From: a virus
Taxonomy: Duplodnaviria > Heunggongvirae > Uroviricota > Caudoviricetes
Direction: 5' to 3' (one strand)
IMG/VR virus record: IMGVR_UViG_3300042894_001948
Length of the DNA stretch: 64,000 nucleotides
Positions 1-10,326 of the stretch are shown here, piece after piece. Below the pieces are notes generated by a model that saw nothing but the letters and a program-made list of their open reading frames with translations, was not told the DNA's origin and did no database searches. Both the position numbers and the translations under genes were made by a program. Every line of letters begins with the position of its first letter. Position 1 is the stretch's first letter.

Positions 1-315
1 AGTTTGCAATTAGGTTCAGTATCATTAGGAATTGGAAGTGCAGTAATTACGCAGTTCTCAACAGATCCGTATTTTACTGCAAATAGTGATAGTATTTTAC
101 CTACACAACGAGCAATTAAATCATATATTACATCACAAATTGGTGGCGGTTTAAGTTCATTAAACGTAAATACATTAACAGCTGGTGTTGTGTATATTGC
201 GAATAATACAATATCGACTACTAATGGTGGTCAAATAAACGTAACAGCTAAGATGAATTTCACAGGCGGCATTGACGGCGCGCCAGTTGCACTTTCATTC
301 TTTATGCAACGATAA
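1..315 (+). CDS. C-terminal part of a large virion structural (tail/baseplate) protein; 5' end lies outside the window
   Basis: Open frame from the window edge; PTQRAIKSYI motif and T/S/G/N-rich composition typical of phage fibre/baseplate proteins. Confidence 0.6.
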   Translation, partial: SLQLGSVSLGIGSAVITQFSTDPYFTANSDSILPTQRAIKSYITSQIGGGLSSLNVNTLTAGVVYIANNTISTTNGGQINVTAKMNFTGGIDGAPVALSFFMQR

Positions 316-330
316 TGGAGAAATAAATTA

Positions 331-651
331 ATGGCAACAGGAAGACTTAGCAATTTTGCAATTGCTGCAACAACTAATACAACAGTGTATACCGTACCAA
401 CCGGATATTACACTGTTTGTAATGTATCGTTAACAAACAGAAATGCAACTGCAATTAAAATAAGAGTAGCAATTGCATCAATTGCTACTCCTAACGTACA
501 AGAATGGATTGAATATGACACAGTAGTTGTTCCTAATGGTGTGTTTGAAAGAACAGGTTTAGTGCTAAATGCTGGACTAAATATAGTAGTATATTCAGAT
601 ACCGCAGGTGTTGGTTGTACAGTATACGGTATTGAAACATCAACTACGTAA
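331..651 (+). CDS. Small virion structural protein
   Basis: GGAG RBS; beta-rich 106 aa (VYTVP...NVSLTNRN...YGIE); lies in the tail-fibre cluster. Confidence 0.6.
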   Translation: MATGRLSNFAIAATTNTTVYTVPTGYYTVCNVSLTNRNATAIKIRVAIASIATPNVQEWIEYDTVVVPNGVFERTGLVLNAGLNIVVYSDTAGVGCTVYGIETSTT

Positions 652-670
652 ATATTAGAGAGATAAAGAT

Positions 671-1993
671 ATGGCAAGATTTAATACAGCAGCACCGTCG
701 TTAAGTGTTACTGGTGCAATTGTTTTCACATATGCATTCACATCTGGGTTAATAACACTAAGCGGAACTTCTGGTTATACTGTAACACTCGCTAGCCCTG
801 TAGCAGTCCCAGGAACAGTGCAGACATTTTACAACGCAACGGGTGGTAACGTAACAATTTCTACCCCAAATGGCAATATTATTGGTAATGGGTTAACTGC
901 TGCAACTTCGCAAACATTGCCAAATGTTTCTACTTTTGGCTTGCAATCGGATGGTACAAATTATGTATTAACTGATAACCAAGGCGGTCCAGTGGCAGTA
1001 ACTACGTTTACTGCTAGTGGTAACATTAGTGCAATTACTAGTAATCAAACAGTTACATTAAGTCCAACTGGAACAGGCACTGTTACAATTAGTCCAGCAG
1101 GTGCAACTACATTAGGTACCGCTAGCATTACTACTAATTTATATGGTAACATTAGTGCAATTACTAGTAATCAAACAGTTACATTAAGTCCAACTGGAAC
1201 AGGTACTGTTACAATTAGTCCAGCAGGTGCAGTTACTATAGCACCTACTACTGTTGGTAGCATCAATAATATAAATATTGGTGCTAGTACACGAGGTTCT
1301 GGAGCATTTTCAACATTAGGTGCAAACAGTACTGTTACATTTACTGGTGCAATTTCTGCAGATACTGGAACTAATAATCAAAGTATTACTACAACTGGCG
1401 CCGGTACTATAACAATTACATCAGGTACAACCGGTAATATTAATAATATGAATATCGGTGCTACTACTGCAGGTACAGGTAGATTTAGTACAGTAACATC
1501 GACAATTGCTACTGGTACTGCTCCATTTACTGTTACATCAACAACTAATGTTGCTAATTTAAATGCTAGTTCGTTAAATGGAGCAACATTTGCTGCACCT
1601 GGATCAATCGGTTCAACTACTGCAAGTTCTGGAGCATTTTCATCATTATCTGCTAACAACGGGTTAACTGTTTCTGCTGGAACATCAACATTTTCTGCAG
1701 CAGTATCTGTTCCTACTCCTACAGCCGGCGGCCATGCAGCAAATAAAACATATGTAGATGCTGCAAATCCAACCCCAACTAAAGCTATCTCGTCATATGT
1801 TACGTTTTATACAACTGGTGTATATACCGGATTAGTATCAACAGAAGTTGATGGTGCAGTTAGTAGATCAAATTTTACATATGATACACAAAAAAGAGTA
1901 ACTAGTTACAGTGAATTATATAACAGTGTAACTAAAACAGTAACTATAACGTATGCAGCAGCAGGCGGTATTTCAACAGTAACTGCAGTATAA
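671..1993 (+). CDS. Tail fibre protein
   Basis: Thr/Gly/Ser-rich; repeated IGxTT...GxFS units and a HAANKTYVD fibre motif. Confidence 0.7.
   Translation: MARFNTAAPSLSVTGAIVFTYAFTSGLITLSGTSGYTVTLASPVAVPGTVQTFYNATGGNVTISTPNGNIIGNGLTAATSQTLPNVSTFGLQSDGTNYVLTDNQGGPVAVTTFTASGNISAITSNQTVTLSPTGTGTVTISPAGATTLGTASITTNLYGNISAITSNQTVTLSPTGTGTVTISPAGAVTIAPTTVGSINNINIGASTRGSGAFSTLGANSTVTFTGAISADTGTNNQSITTTGAGTITITSGTTGNINNMNIGATTAGTGRFSTVTSTIATGTAPFTVTSTTNVANLNASSLNGATFAAPGSIGSTTASSGAFSSLSANNGLTVSAGTSTFSAAVSVPTPTAGGHAANKTYVDAANPTPTKAISSYVTFYTTGVYTGLVSTEVDGAVSRSNFTYDTQKRVTSYSELYNSVTKTVTITYAAAGGISTVTAV
1018..1231 (+). repeat. 88-bp direct repeat inside the tail fibre gene (1018-1105 and 1144-1231)
   Basis: Two copies with one mismatch, encoding GNISAITSNQTVTLSPTGTGTVTISPAGA twice. 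Confidence 0.9.
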
Positions 1994-2005
1994 GGATAAC
2001 AACAA

Positions 2006-3085
2006 ATGACAATTGACGTTTTAACATTAAATGCGTATTTAGAAGAAAATCAAACATTATTAAATTCAGGCGAGTACACAGCTGCATACTCAGCTGCGTA
2101 TGCAACTGCATACTCAAGTGGTTGTATAGCTGCAGCCAGTTCGTTCCTTCAATCGCAAATTAATCAAACACCGTGTAATGTATCATTATGGTGTTCTATT
2201 CCGATGATGACCGGTGGCGTGACGGGAACCGTATTAGTTTGCGATACAAGTGGCTATTTTCGATGTGGTGCATCGTGTTCGTGGACAGTACCAAACGGGA
2301 TAACCTGCGCACAATTTCAAATGTGGGGTGCAGGCGGCGGCAGCAATGCCGGATGCTGTTGTGGTGGCGCAAACAATGGCGGAACAGGTGCGTATGTATC
2401 TGTTATTATGCCAGTTACTGCTGGTACTGTATATACATTATGTGCAGGGTGTGCGACTTGCTGTTACCCAACACCCGGCAGTAGCTATTGCGGCCGCGGA
2501 TGTGCATCCTATGTAACCGGTACTGGAATGTGTAATGTATGTGCCGAAGGTGGCGCCAATTTTCACTGGCAATCAATATTAGATCAAGGGTGTTACGGAT
2601 CAGCTGGTGGCGGTTATTGGTGTACTATTGAATACTATCCAAATAGTGGTACTACTGCCGGCCCATGTGTTTGTGGTAGTAATAATTATTGCAGTAACTC
2701 ATGCGCTACATGCGGCGAAGTCGTAGTTCATAGAAACTCACTAGTTAATTTTTATGGATGTGCAACAAACGGAAAACTTATGGGCATTCCGGGACTACAT
2801 GGTGGGTTATGTCTGGACACTAACCAATATGGACATTTTACGAATCCGCCAGTAATTAATACAACGCATACCGGGGCATTTGACAGCGCGAGCAATTGCG
2901 GCTGTCGAGTATGTTTTACTAGTGAAAATAATTTAGGAGGCTGTCTATGCAGTGGCGGAATAAATGGTACGTCAGTTCAACAATTTCCCGGAGCAGGCGG
3001 TTTTGCGCATCATGCAATGGGCGGAAATACTACCGGCTGTGGCGATGCAGGGCGTATGGGTATGGTACGTGTTACTTACAGATAA
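2006..3085 (+). CDS. Cys/Gly-rich putative tail-fibre tip or adhesin protein (paralog 1)
   Basis: WTVP..G...FQMWGAGGG glycine-rich domain, CCCGG, C-terminal GxxGMVRVTY. Confidence 0.6.
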   Translation: MTIDVLTLNAYLEENQTLLNSGEYTAAYSAAYATAYSSGCIAAASSFLQSQINQTPCNVSLWCSIPMMTGGVTGTVLVCDTSGYFRCGASCSWTVPNGITCAQFQMWGAGGGSNAGCCCGGANNGGTGAYVSVIMPVTAGTVYTLCAGCATCCYPTPGSSYCGRGCASYVTGTGMCNVCAEGGANFHWQSILDQGCYGSAGGGYWCTIEYYPNSGTTAGPCVCGSNNYCSNSCATCGEVVVHRNSLVNFYGCATNGKLMGIPGLHGGLCLDTNQYGHFTNPPVINTTHTGAFDSASNCGCRVCFTSENNLGGCLCSGGINGTSVQQFPGAGGFAHHAMGGNTTGCGDAGRMGMVRVTYR

Positions 3086-3100
3086 AATATAGGAATAATA

Positions 3101-3757
3101 ATGAAACAGAAATTTACACAAAAAATACCAAACGAAATTTATATCGATGACTTTTCAGATAATAAAGTTATGGAATTAGAATACAATGGACCAGATACAC
3201 TGTTATTAGAAGTTGACGGTAATGGGACTGCATTTAAAATTGTTGAAGAAGCAAGACCGATGCTTGAACCGACATCATATATGTATCATATTGAATTAAA
3301 TGCTGCAGATGCAATTGAAGCAGCACATTATATTTACACGCATGCTGATGAGCATATTTATGAGAATATTGATATTCCAAATCCAGATGGGTCAATTTAT
3401 ATTGCAGTTTCAAATCCAAGAATTCAAGATTACTATCGATTAACTTATCAACCGGCTGGGTTAGATATGCCAGGAATTTGGCATTTTAATCTAATTACTA
3501 GAAGTATGCATTCAACTATCGAATTAAAAGTAATAAATGATTATAACAATGCTAAGAAAAAATTATCACCGATTTTATTAACTGCCGAAACACAGACTGC
3601 GTTTGATGATTATACTGCAAAGGTAGAAGCATGGATTGCAGATACAGCAGATTTATGTCCATGGAAATATATTGAATTTCCTGCAGGAGACATACCAAAA
3701 TTACCATTAGTTCTTATTAGGTTAATTGCAGAATTAGATTCGTACGGGGTTGTATAA
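3101..3757 (+). CDS. Hypothetical protein, possible fibre assembly chaperone
   Basis: Acidic 218-aa ORF between the two Cys-rich paralogs; role inferred from position only. Confidence 0.45.
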   Translation: MKQKFTQKIPNEIYIDDFSDNKVMELEYNGPDTLLLEVDGNGTAFKIVEEARPMLEPTSYMYHIELNAADAIEAAHYIYTHADEHIYENIDIPNPDGSIYIAVSNPRIQDYYRLTYQPAGLDMPGIWHFNLITRSMHSTIELKVINDYNNAKKKLSPILLTAETQTAFDDYTAKVEAWIADTADLCPWKYIEFPAGDIPKLPLVLIRLIAELDSYGVV

Positions 3758-4833
3758 TGTCTAGTGTATTAATATACAATGCAATCAAACAAAATTTTGC
3801 GTATAATCGATCAGCATCAACAGCTGCAATTACTACAATTGCACAATCTGCAGGTACTGCTGCAGGTATTGCTGCCGGCGGTGGTCCGTCAACATGCTTA
3901 ACAGCAGCGAATGTGGGTAATCAAATTGGTTTCTCACCATCTACTAGTATAGAAACTTGGAAAACTATTCCACGGTTAGCTGGATATACTGGAAGCATAG
4001 CAGTATGTGATACAAGTGGCTATTTTCGATGTGGTGCATCATGCACATGGACAGTACCTACAGGAGTAACATGTGCTGACTTTCAACTATGGGGACCTGG
4101 TAGTGGTACTGGTACTAATTGCTGTTGTGGCGGTGCACCGCATGGCCCAACTGGCGCGTTTGCATCGGTTGTTATGCCAGTTACTGCTGGTTCTGTATAT
4201 ACAATATGTGCAGGGTGTGCGTATTGCTGTTATGCATCACAAACAACTCCAGGATTGTGTGGTGGACCATCATATGTAACTGGTCCAGGCCTAAATAATT
4301 TCTGCGCAGATTCCGGTATAAGTTGTGTATGTAATTGGCGGGCAAGTTTACCCGGTCCAGCTAGCGGAACACTAGGATGGGGATTAACATATCCAGGTGG
4401 CAGCGGTTGTCAATTCCCAAGTGGTAATAATTGTGGACCTGAATCATGCAGTGGATGGAATTTTTGTTGGGATAGTTTAAACGATTCAGTAACAATACAA
4501 GATTTTTCATTTAGTTGTGTAACAAGATTCTATGGTACTGCTACCGGTAGTTGTGTATACGGTTTAGCCGGAATGTATCCTAAGTTCATGATTAGTGAAA
4601 CTATGTGCGGTATTTCAGTTGCAGCACCGGTCTATGGATTTGAAAATTCAACACAGTGTATATATTGTTGGAATGGAAACACTTGTGCAGGTTGTATGGC
4701 TGCTCCAATGTGCGGTTCTGGATTTCTAAGAAATCCAGGAAGTGGTGGTTATGCTAGTTCAGTATATGGCGGGTGTAATGCATGTTACGGTGATTCGGGG
4801 CGAATGGGAATGGTTTGCGTTAGATTCAAATAA
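3757..4833 (+). CDS. Cys/Gly-rich putative tail-fibre tip or adhesin protein (paralog 2)
   Basis: Shares VCDTSGYFRCGASCxWTVP...CCCGGA...MPVTAG.VYT.CAGCA.CCY with 2006-3085. Confidence 0.6.
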   Translation: MSSVLIYNAIKQNFAYNRSASTAAITTIAQSAGTAAGIAAGGGPSTCLTAANVGNQIGFSPSTSIETWKTIPRLAGYTGSIAVCDTSGYFRCGASCTWTVPTGVTCADFQLWGPGSGTGTNCCCGGAPHGPTGAFASVVMPVTAGSVYTICAGCAYCCYASQTTPGLCGGPSYVTGPGLNNFCADSGISCVCNWRASLPGPASGTLGWGLTYPGGSGCQFPSGNNCGPESCSGWNFCWDSLNDSVTIQDFSFSCVTRFYGTATGSCVYGLAGMYPKFMISETMCGISVAAPVYGFENSTQCIYCWNGNTCAGCMAAPMCGSGFLRNPGSGGYASSVYGGCNACYGDSGRMGMVCVRFK

Positions 4834-4890
4834 TTTTTTGAGGGATATACTTCACAACTAAATAACAGAAACATTTAATGTAGGTATATT

Positions 4891-5883
4891 ATGAAAAAAG
4901 CATTTTTTATTAGCGGCGGAGCCGGAAGAGTATTATGTGCAATCCCAGCACTTGAAAAGTTTGCAAAAACTAACCCAGAATTTATTATTGTTGCAGAAGG
5001 ATGGCCTGAATGCTTTTCAGGCCATCCATTATTGCAAGACAAAGTTTTTAATGTTTCTCACAAAAATTTATTTGAACAACATCTAAAAGATTGTGAACTT
5101 ATCACCCCTGAACCATATCGGTTAAATCAATATTTCACACAGCAATGTGATCTTATTCAGGCATTTGACATTTTAATAAATGGCGAATCATCAGATCCAA
5201 CAACTTATAATATTACTATTGATCTAAGTAAAAAAGAACAGATCACAGGTTATAATATTGTTGACGAGGTACGATCAGTTAAGAAAAAAGAAAAAGTCAT
5301 TGTATTACAGCCATTTGGCAGTACTGCGCATCAACAAGGAAAATTTATTTTTGATACATCTGGTAGAAGTTTTGAATTATCAGACATTTATAAATTAATT
5401 GAATCATTAACAAAGAGCTATGCTGTTATTCTCATGTCCCCAATTGACATTCCGTCGACTACTGACTTAGGGATAGCACATCCTAAAAATTTAGATTTAC
5501 GATCATGGATGGGCATTATTAATGCCGCTGATTATTTTATTGGTTGTGACAGTGTTGGTCAACACATTGCTTATGCATTAAAAAAACCAAGTACTATTGT
5601 TATCGGGGCTACATTTCCAGAAAACATTTCGTATCCTAAATGTCCATATTTTACAATTGTTGATAATGGCATAAACAAAAGAAAATATTCTCCTATTAGG
5701 ATTACAATGGATGAGTCAGGTGATCGTATAAATGAGAATCTAATGATTTTAGATAACGCAGTGTTTAGTAAAATTATCGATTCAGTAAACAAGAAATTAT
5801 CTGTAAACAAAAAACCAAGTAATGTACAAGAGTTGCCTAGACAAATAAACCCACCGTTTACAAAAAAAAAGTTGACAGCATAA
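4891..5883 (+). CDS. Glycosyltransferase, GT9/heptosyltransferase-like
   Basis: N-terminal GGAGRVL and C-terminal FIGCDSVGQHIAYALKKP resemble GT9 G-x-G-D and IGxDSGxxHxAxA motifs. Confidence 0.65.
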   Translation: MKKAFFISGGAGRVLCAIPALEKFAKTNPEFIIVAEGWPECFSGHPLLQDKVFNVSHKNLFEQHLKDCELITPEPYRLNQYFTQQCDLIQAFDILINGESSDPTTYNITIDLSKKEQITGYNIVDEVRSVKKKEKVIVLQPFGSTAHQQGKFIFDTSGRSFELSDIYKLIESLTKSYAVILMSPIDIPSTTDLGIAHPKNLDLRSWMGIINAADYFIGCDSVGQHIAYALKKPSTIVIGATFPENISYPKCPYFTIVDNGINKRKYSPIRITMDESGDRINENLMILDNAVFSKIIDSVNKKLSVNKKPSNVQELPRQINPPFTKKKLTA

Positions 5884-5900
5884 GATAATAACTGTATAAT
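5872..5900 (+). promoter_or_regulatory. Sigma70-type promoter for the carbamoyltransferase
   Basis: TTGACA-17 bp-TATAAT, perfect consensus. Confidence 0.85.
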
Positions 5901-5924
5901 AACAGTTTTTTACAAGGATAAAAT

Positions 5925-7718
5925 ATGAATACAGGATACATAGCTGGAATTTCCAGAGGACACAATAGCGGAGTATGTTTACTACATAATGGTAAAATCG
6001 TGTTTTCAATAGAAGAAGAACGATTATCACGCGTTAAATACGACGGTAGTCCATTAGCTGCACTAACACTTATTAAACAATATACAGATACAATTGATTT
6101 TTTAGTAGTTGCACATACGTCATCGTTAGCGTCATCTTCGCCACAAATTGAATTTCAAAATGATGACATATATTCTGGATTAGCTAGAAAATTAGGATTA
6201 ATTAGCCGCAATGTTTTTCCACCCGGCCAGCATCCTCAGGTAATTGATGTATCATCATTGCATCATAAAATGCATGCAGCCTGTTCATTTTATCGATCTG
6301 GATGGGATGATGCAGTTGCATTAGTAGTAGACGGTGCAGGTACATCGTTTCCGTTTAAACTAGCTAATGGGGAGCCGACATGGTTTTGGGAAGTAGAATC
6401 AATTATAGACTGTTCATATCCGTTTGGATTTAAAACATTATATAAACATTATGCTACTCGAGAATCAGTTATTGGTGGTATTTCTCAAATACCATCTGAT
6501 ATGCTACATGAGTCAGGATCAACGCATACTGCATTAATTTCAGATACTGCAGGTATTACTAAAGTGTATGAAGCAGTTACTGAATACTGCGGCTTTGACG
6601 GAATTGATGCTGGTAAAACTATGGGATTGTTCCCGTATGGTAAACCTAATGAGTCAATACCTCCACTATTCAGTGACGCTACTGACGAACCATTATCAAA
6701 CAGAAGTTTATTTATTCCTAAATATCCAGGAACTGCAACTGTTAATCAAAATATGTATAGTTTTTTAACAACTGACAATTCTGTAACTGAATTTACTACA
6801 TTAGAAAATCGAAGAGATTTTGCATATGCATGTCAACTTGAAACACAACAACAAGTGTTACGATTAATTCGAAAAGCATGTGAGATGTCTGGTAAAAAAC
6901 AAGTTGTTATTTCTGGCGGATATGGATTAAATTGCGTTGCAAATTATTTTTATTTAGATCAATTACGTGATGAAGGTATTGAAATATATGTAGAACCTAT
7001 ATCAAATGATGGCGGAACTGCGATCGGTGCTGCATTAATGCACTGGTATCAAACTTCAGCTAGTATGGAAAAACAAGATCAATCAATATATCTCGGTCCG
7101 CATTATAATTATAGCACGGATGATATTAACGAGTTAGCTGTAAGTAATAATGGTACTATTATTGATGCAACCTACCGTGACATTGTTAAATTATTACGTG
7201 ATAAACATATTGTAAGTATGTTTCAAGGTAGGTCAGAAAATGGCCCGCGTGCATTAGGTAACCGATCTATATTGTTTGATCCAACATTTGAAGATGGTAA
7301 AGATTTTGTTAATAGCATTAAAAATAGAGAATACTTTAGACCGTTTGCTGGCACAATCTTAAAAGAACATGTACATAAATGGTTTGATTTACGAGGTAAA
7401 GATGAGTCTCCACACATGATGTATGCAGTAAATTGCCAACCTGGAATAGCAGAAAAAATACCAAGTATTATTCATGTCGATGGCACTTGCAGAATACAAA
7501 CAGTAACCGCTGACCAAAATACACACTTTTACAATCTAATTAATGAATTTTATAAAGAAACAGGTGTTCCTATTTTGTTTAATACGTCATTTAATCTTGG
7601 TGGCGATCCTTTGGTTGAAACCTTAGAAGATGCTATTGATACATTAGTAAAAAGCAAAATTGAATATTTATATTTGCCTGAATATAACAAATTACTAACA
7701 TTTAAAAATAATAATTAA
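5925..7718 (+). CDS. Carbamoyltransferase, NodU/CmcH family
   Basis: EEERLSRVK, HHxxHA, VVDGAG, SGGYGLNCVAN, GPRALGNRS, KNREYFRPFA, HVDGTCRIQT, NTSFN motifs. Confidence 0.95.
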   Translation: MNTGYIAGISRGHNSGVCLLHNGKIVFSIEEERLSRVKYDGSPLAALTLIKQYTDTIDFLVVAHTSSLASSSPQIEFQNDDIYSGLARKLGLISRNVFPPGQHPQVIDVSSLHHKMHAACSFYRSGWDDAVALVVDGAGTSFPFKLANGEPTWFWEVESIIDCSYPFGFKTLYKHYATRESVIGGISQIPSDMLHESGSTHTALISDTAGITKVYEAVTEYCGFDGIDAGKTMGLFPYGKPNESIPPLFSDATDEPLSNRSLFIPKYPGTATVNQNMYSFLTTDNSVTEFTTLENRRDFAYACQLETQQQVLRLIRKACEMSGKKQVVISGGYGLNCVANYFYLDQLRDEGIEIYVEPISNDGGTAIGAALMHWYQTSASMEKQDQSIYLGPHYNYSTDDINELAVSNNGTIIDATYRDIVKLLRDKHIVSMFQGRSENGPRALGNRSILFDPTFEDGKDFVNSIKNREYFRPFAGTILKEHVHKWFDLRGKDESPHMMYAVNCQPGIAEKIPSIIHVDGTCRIQTVTADQNTHFYNLINEFYKETGVPILFNTSFNLGGDPLVETLEDAIDTLVKSKIEYLYLPEYNKLLTFKNNN

Positions 7719-7751
7719 TTATGGTTTATATCAAAACATAACGGCTTTTAA

Positions 7752-8375
7752 TTACATATGAGAAACTTCTAAATACCAAATATCGTATTGAAATCTTTTA
7801 CTTAATAAATGATTGCTGATTTTAAGATTATTATCAGCAATCATCTTTTCAAATGTCGTTACTCCTGATCCCCAAATATTTTCAACTAATAATATTTTTC
7901 CATCATCTGCTAAAAACGGTTTTACATTATTAAAAAAATCATGATGAGTTGCCCAGTCTGTATCTTTATAACGACGTTGATCTGTTAATAATGGAGCATA
8001 CGGATCGCAGTTAAAATGCGGTGGATTTGCGATAATTAGATCAAATTTTGTGCCAGTTGGAATTGATTTAAAATTATCTGAAACATAAAATTTCACACAG
8101 TCTTCTAAGTTATTATCTTGTATAGTTTTGTTAACTATTTCTTTAGCTGGTTCATATATATCAGATAGATGCAATGTGTTGCACAACTGATTGCCTAGCA
8201 CTGCAAACCCTAAAAATCCTGGTCCAGAACACCACTCTAAACAATTATTAAATACCCTATTTGGATACAATGTTTGTATTACTTCTACTAATTCTTTATT
8301 TAAGATATCTCCGGAGCCATTTAGCTCGTGTGTAAATGATATCGAAATTCCGGGTACATTATGTGTTAAAATCAT
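7752..8375 (-). CDS. SAM-dependent methyltransferase (HemK/small MTase-like)
   Basis: LEWCSGPGFLG motif I and FDLIIANPPH motif IV. Confidence 0.85.
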   Translation of the reverse strand: MILTHNVPGISISFTHELNGSGDILNKELVEVIQTLYPNRVFNNCLEWCSGPGFLGFAVLGNQLCNTLHLSDIYEPAKEIVNKTIQDNNLEDCVKFYVSDNFKSIPTGTKFDLIIANPPHFNCDPYAPLLTDQRRYKDTDWATHHDFFNNVKPFLADDGKILLVENIWGSGVTTFEKMIADNNLKISNHLLSKRFQYDIWYLEVSHM

Positions 8376-8384
8376 TTAGCCTCT

Positions 8385-8834
8385 TTAAATTAAATCAATT
8401 ATGTCAATAACAGTTTGAATCTTAGTTTGAATAACTTTATTACGCAAGCTAAGATTTAACCCGCGATGTATAGGTTTTGGAAGTGCAATTAGACTAAACC
8501 AACCCCAAGCAATGTGTTCATCACTTAAGGTTGGTACAAATTCATTTTCCACTAAACAAAAATATGTATGAAAATTAAAGACACTATCGTTAGATACAAA
8601 TTTTTCTAACGGTAGTGTTTTTTTAATGACTGGAAGAAATCCAATTTCTTCTTCTATTTCTCTAGTAAGACCTTGCCACGGGTTTTCGTTAGCTAAGTTA
8701 GTACCGCCAACTAATCCCCAAGTGCCTTGATGTTTACCTGAGGATTTTTGGATTAATAGAAATCTATGCGTAGATTGTGAATAGATTAATGCACCGCTAC
8801 AAATTACTTGTTCTGTTATAGCTCTAGTCGCCAT
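8385..8834 (-). CDS. NUDIX hydrolase
   Basis: WGLVGG...ENPWQGLTREIEEEIG Nudix box. Confidence 0.9.
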   Translation of the reverse strand: MATRAITEQVICSGALIYSQSTHRFLLIQKSSGKHQGTWGLVGGTNLANENPWQGLTREIEEEIGFLPVIKKTLPLEKFVSNDSVFNFHTYFCLVENEFVPTLSDEHIAWGWFSLIALPKPIHRGLNLSLRNKVIQTKIQTVIDIIDLI

Positions 8835-10291
8835 TTGCCAACCTTATATATTCCTTCGAAACTTTTAACCCAATTTACGCCATTCCACATATATTGAATT
8901 CCAGAATCTGTATATGTGTTAGTTTGCCAAACAATTACGTCAGTTGTGTTTACTGAACTAAAAATTACATTCCATTTAGATCCATCCCATTCAACAATGT
9001 CATTCGCATGCGCAATTAAATCTTGTCCGCTAGTCCCTTTCCAACCAAGTGGGCCGTCTGTGTTAGTAACATCACCAATATCTTCTGTTAATAAATATCG
9101 TAAACCTTGAAAAACTGTATGATCTTTTGGATTAAATGTTTGCGGATTAATAACTGCATCAAATGTTCCTGGTGAATTAAGTATATTACTAATTCTATAA
9201 TTTGGACCTGCATTGTAATTTGGATCATAATCAAAAAGACCTACACTATTAATACCAGTATTAGGATTAATAGTATCCCTGTCCCATACAACATTTAGTA
9301 CTGCTTCATTTATTGGATCTCTTGATAAGATGCCATTAACTTCTGTGCCATCAATTTGCATTAAAAATATTCTTGCAATACCTGAGATAAACTTATTTGG
9401 GAACATGTCTAACAATAAATCCCATGACAATTCCTTGTTTACTCGATCTGGCATGTTAAATGACAAATCATTTGATACTGCACCATTATGCGAATCTAAC
9501 AACGTTATTTGATTATTAAACACTTCAATTACATAATCTTCTGTAACTGAAATAATCTCGGTCATTAGTGACGACGGAATACCATCAGGTATAAATGCAT
9601 CATTGCCAAACCCAGAAATTAACGGTGAATATGCATCATGCAAACTTGTAATAATTTTTCTAATAATGCCTAATTGTTTAACTTTTACTGGCGGGCTAAT
9701 CCATATCGGAGTAACTAGTGTTAGTGTTCCAATGTCAATAGGCGTGTCGTTACCTACTGGTATTGCTCTACTTGACCAGTTAACTGCATCTAGATACAAC
9801 ACAGAAATACTAGTCCAATCAACGTAGTTGTCGGTGGTTTGTATTTCTAAACTAGGATTAAAAATCATAAAGATCTGTTCCATAAGTTGTAACTTTTGAT
9901 CAGTACTAGCAGTCCAAATGTCAACTTTCATAGTTAACTTAAATGGAGTTGGCATAATTTTTTCTACTGTATAATTTCTACCTAAGTTACTTGTGTATTG
10001 TCCATCGACAATTTCACGTTCTCTATACTGTTTTTTATTAACAAATGTGGGATCTTGAATACGGTCACGATCTAATTCAATTGCGTGAATGTATACACTT
10101 ATTTTTGGAATAGAGTTTACTGTATTTTCTGAATTTTGTCTTACAATAGTTGCAGCTTGTCTATCACTGTCACCATAAGATACCGGAACACGATGTAACG
10201 TTCCGTCACTATATCTAACAGTAAAGTTACTAAAGACTCTAATTGTTTGGGTAACGTACCGTCTAATGGCTCCGTCATAAAAATGTTGCAT
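8816..10291 (-). CDS. gp15: Tail terminator/sheath stabiliser, T4 gp15-like, with C-terminal extension
   Basis: MQHFYDGAIRRY...FSNF...VPVSYG...MPTPF...QLMEQI..FNP pattern; neck-gene context. Confidence 0.75.
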   Translation of the reverse strand: MQHFYDGAIRRYVTQTIRVFSNFTVRYSDGTLHRVPVSYGDSDRQAATIVRQNSENTVNSIPKISVYIHAIELDRDRIQDPTFVNKKQYREREIVDGQYTSNLGRNYTVEKIMPTPFKLTMKVDIWTASTDQKLQLMEQIFMIFNPSLEIQTTDNYVDWTSISVLYLDAVNWSSRAIPVGNDTPIDIGTLTLVTPIWISPPVKVKQLGIIRKIITSLHDAYSPLISGFGNDAFIPDGIPSSLMTEIISVTEDYVIEVFNNQITLLDSHNGAVSNDLSFNMPDRVNKELSWDLLLDMFPNKFISGIARIFLMQIDGTEVNGILSRDPINEAVLNVVWDRDTINPNTGINSVGLFDYDPNYNAGPNYRISNILNSPGTFDAVINPQTFNPKDHTVFQGLRYLLTEDIGDVTNTDGPLGWKGTSGQDLIAHANDIVEWDGSKWNVIFSSVNTTDVIVWQTNTYTDSGIQYMWNGVNWVKSFEGIYKVGKWRLEL

Positions 10292-10326
10292 ATAATCTCC
10301 TATCCGTTATTTATTGTAGTAAAAAT

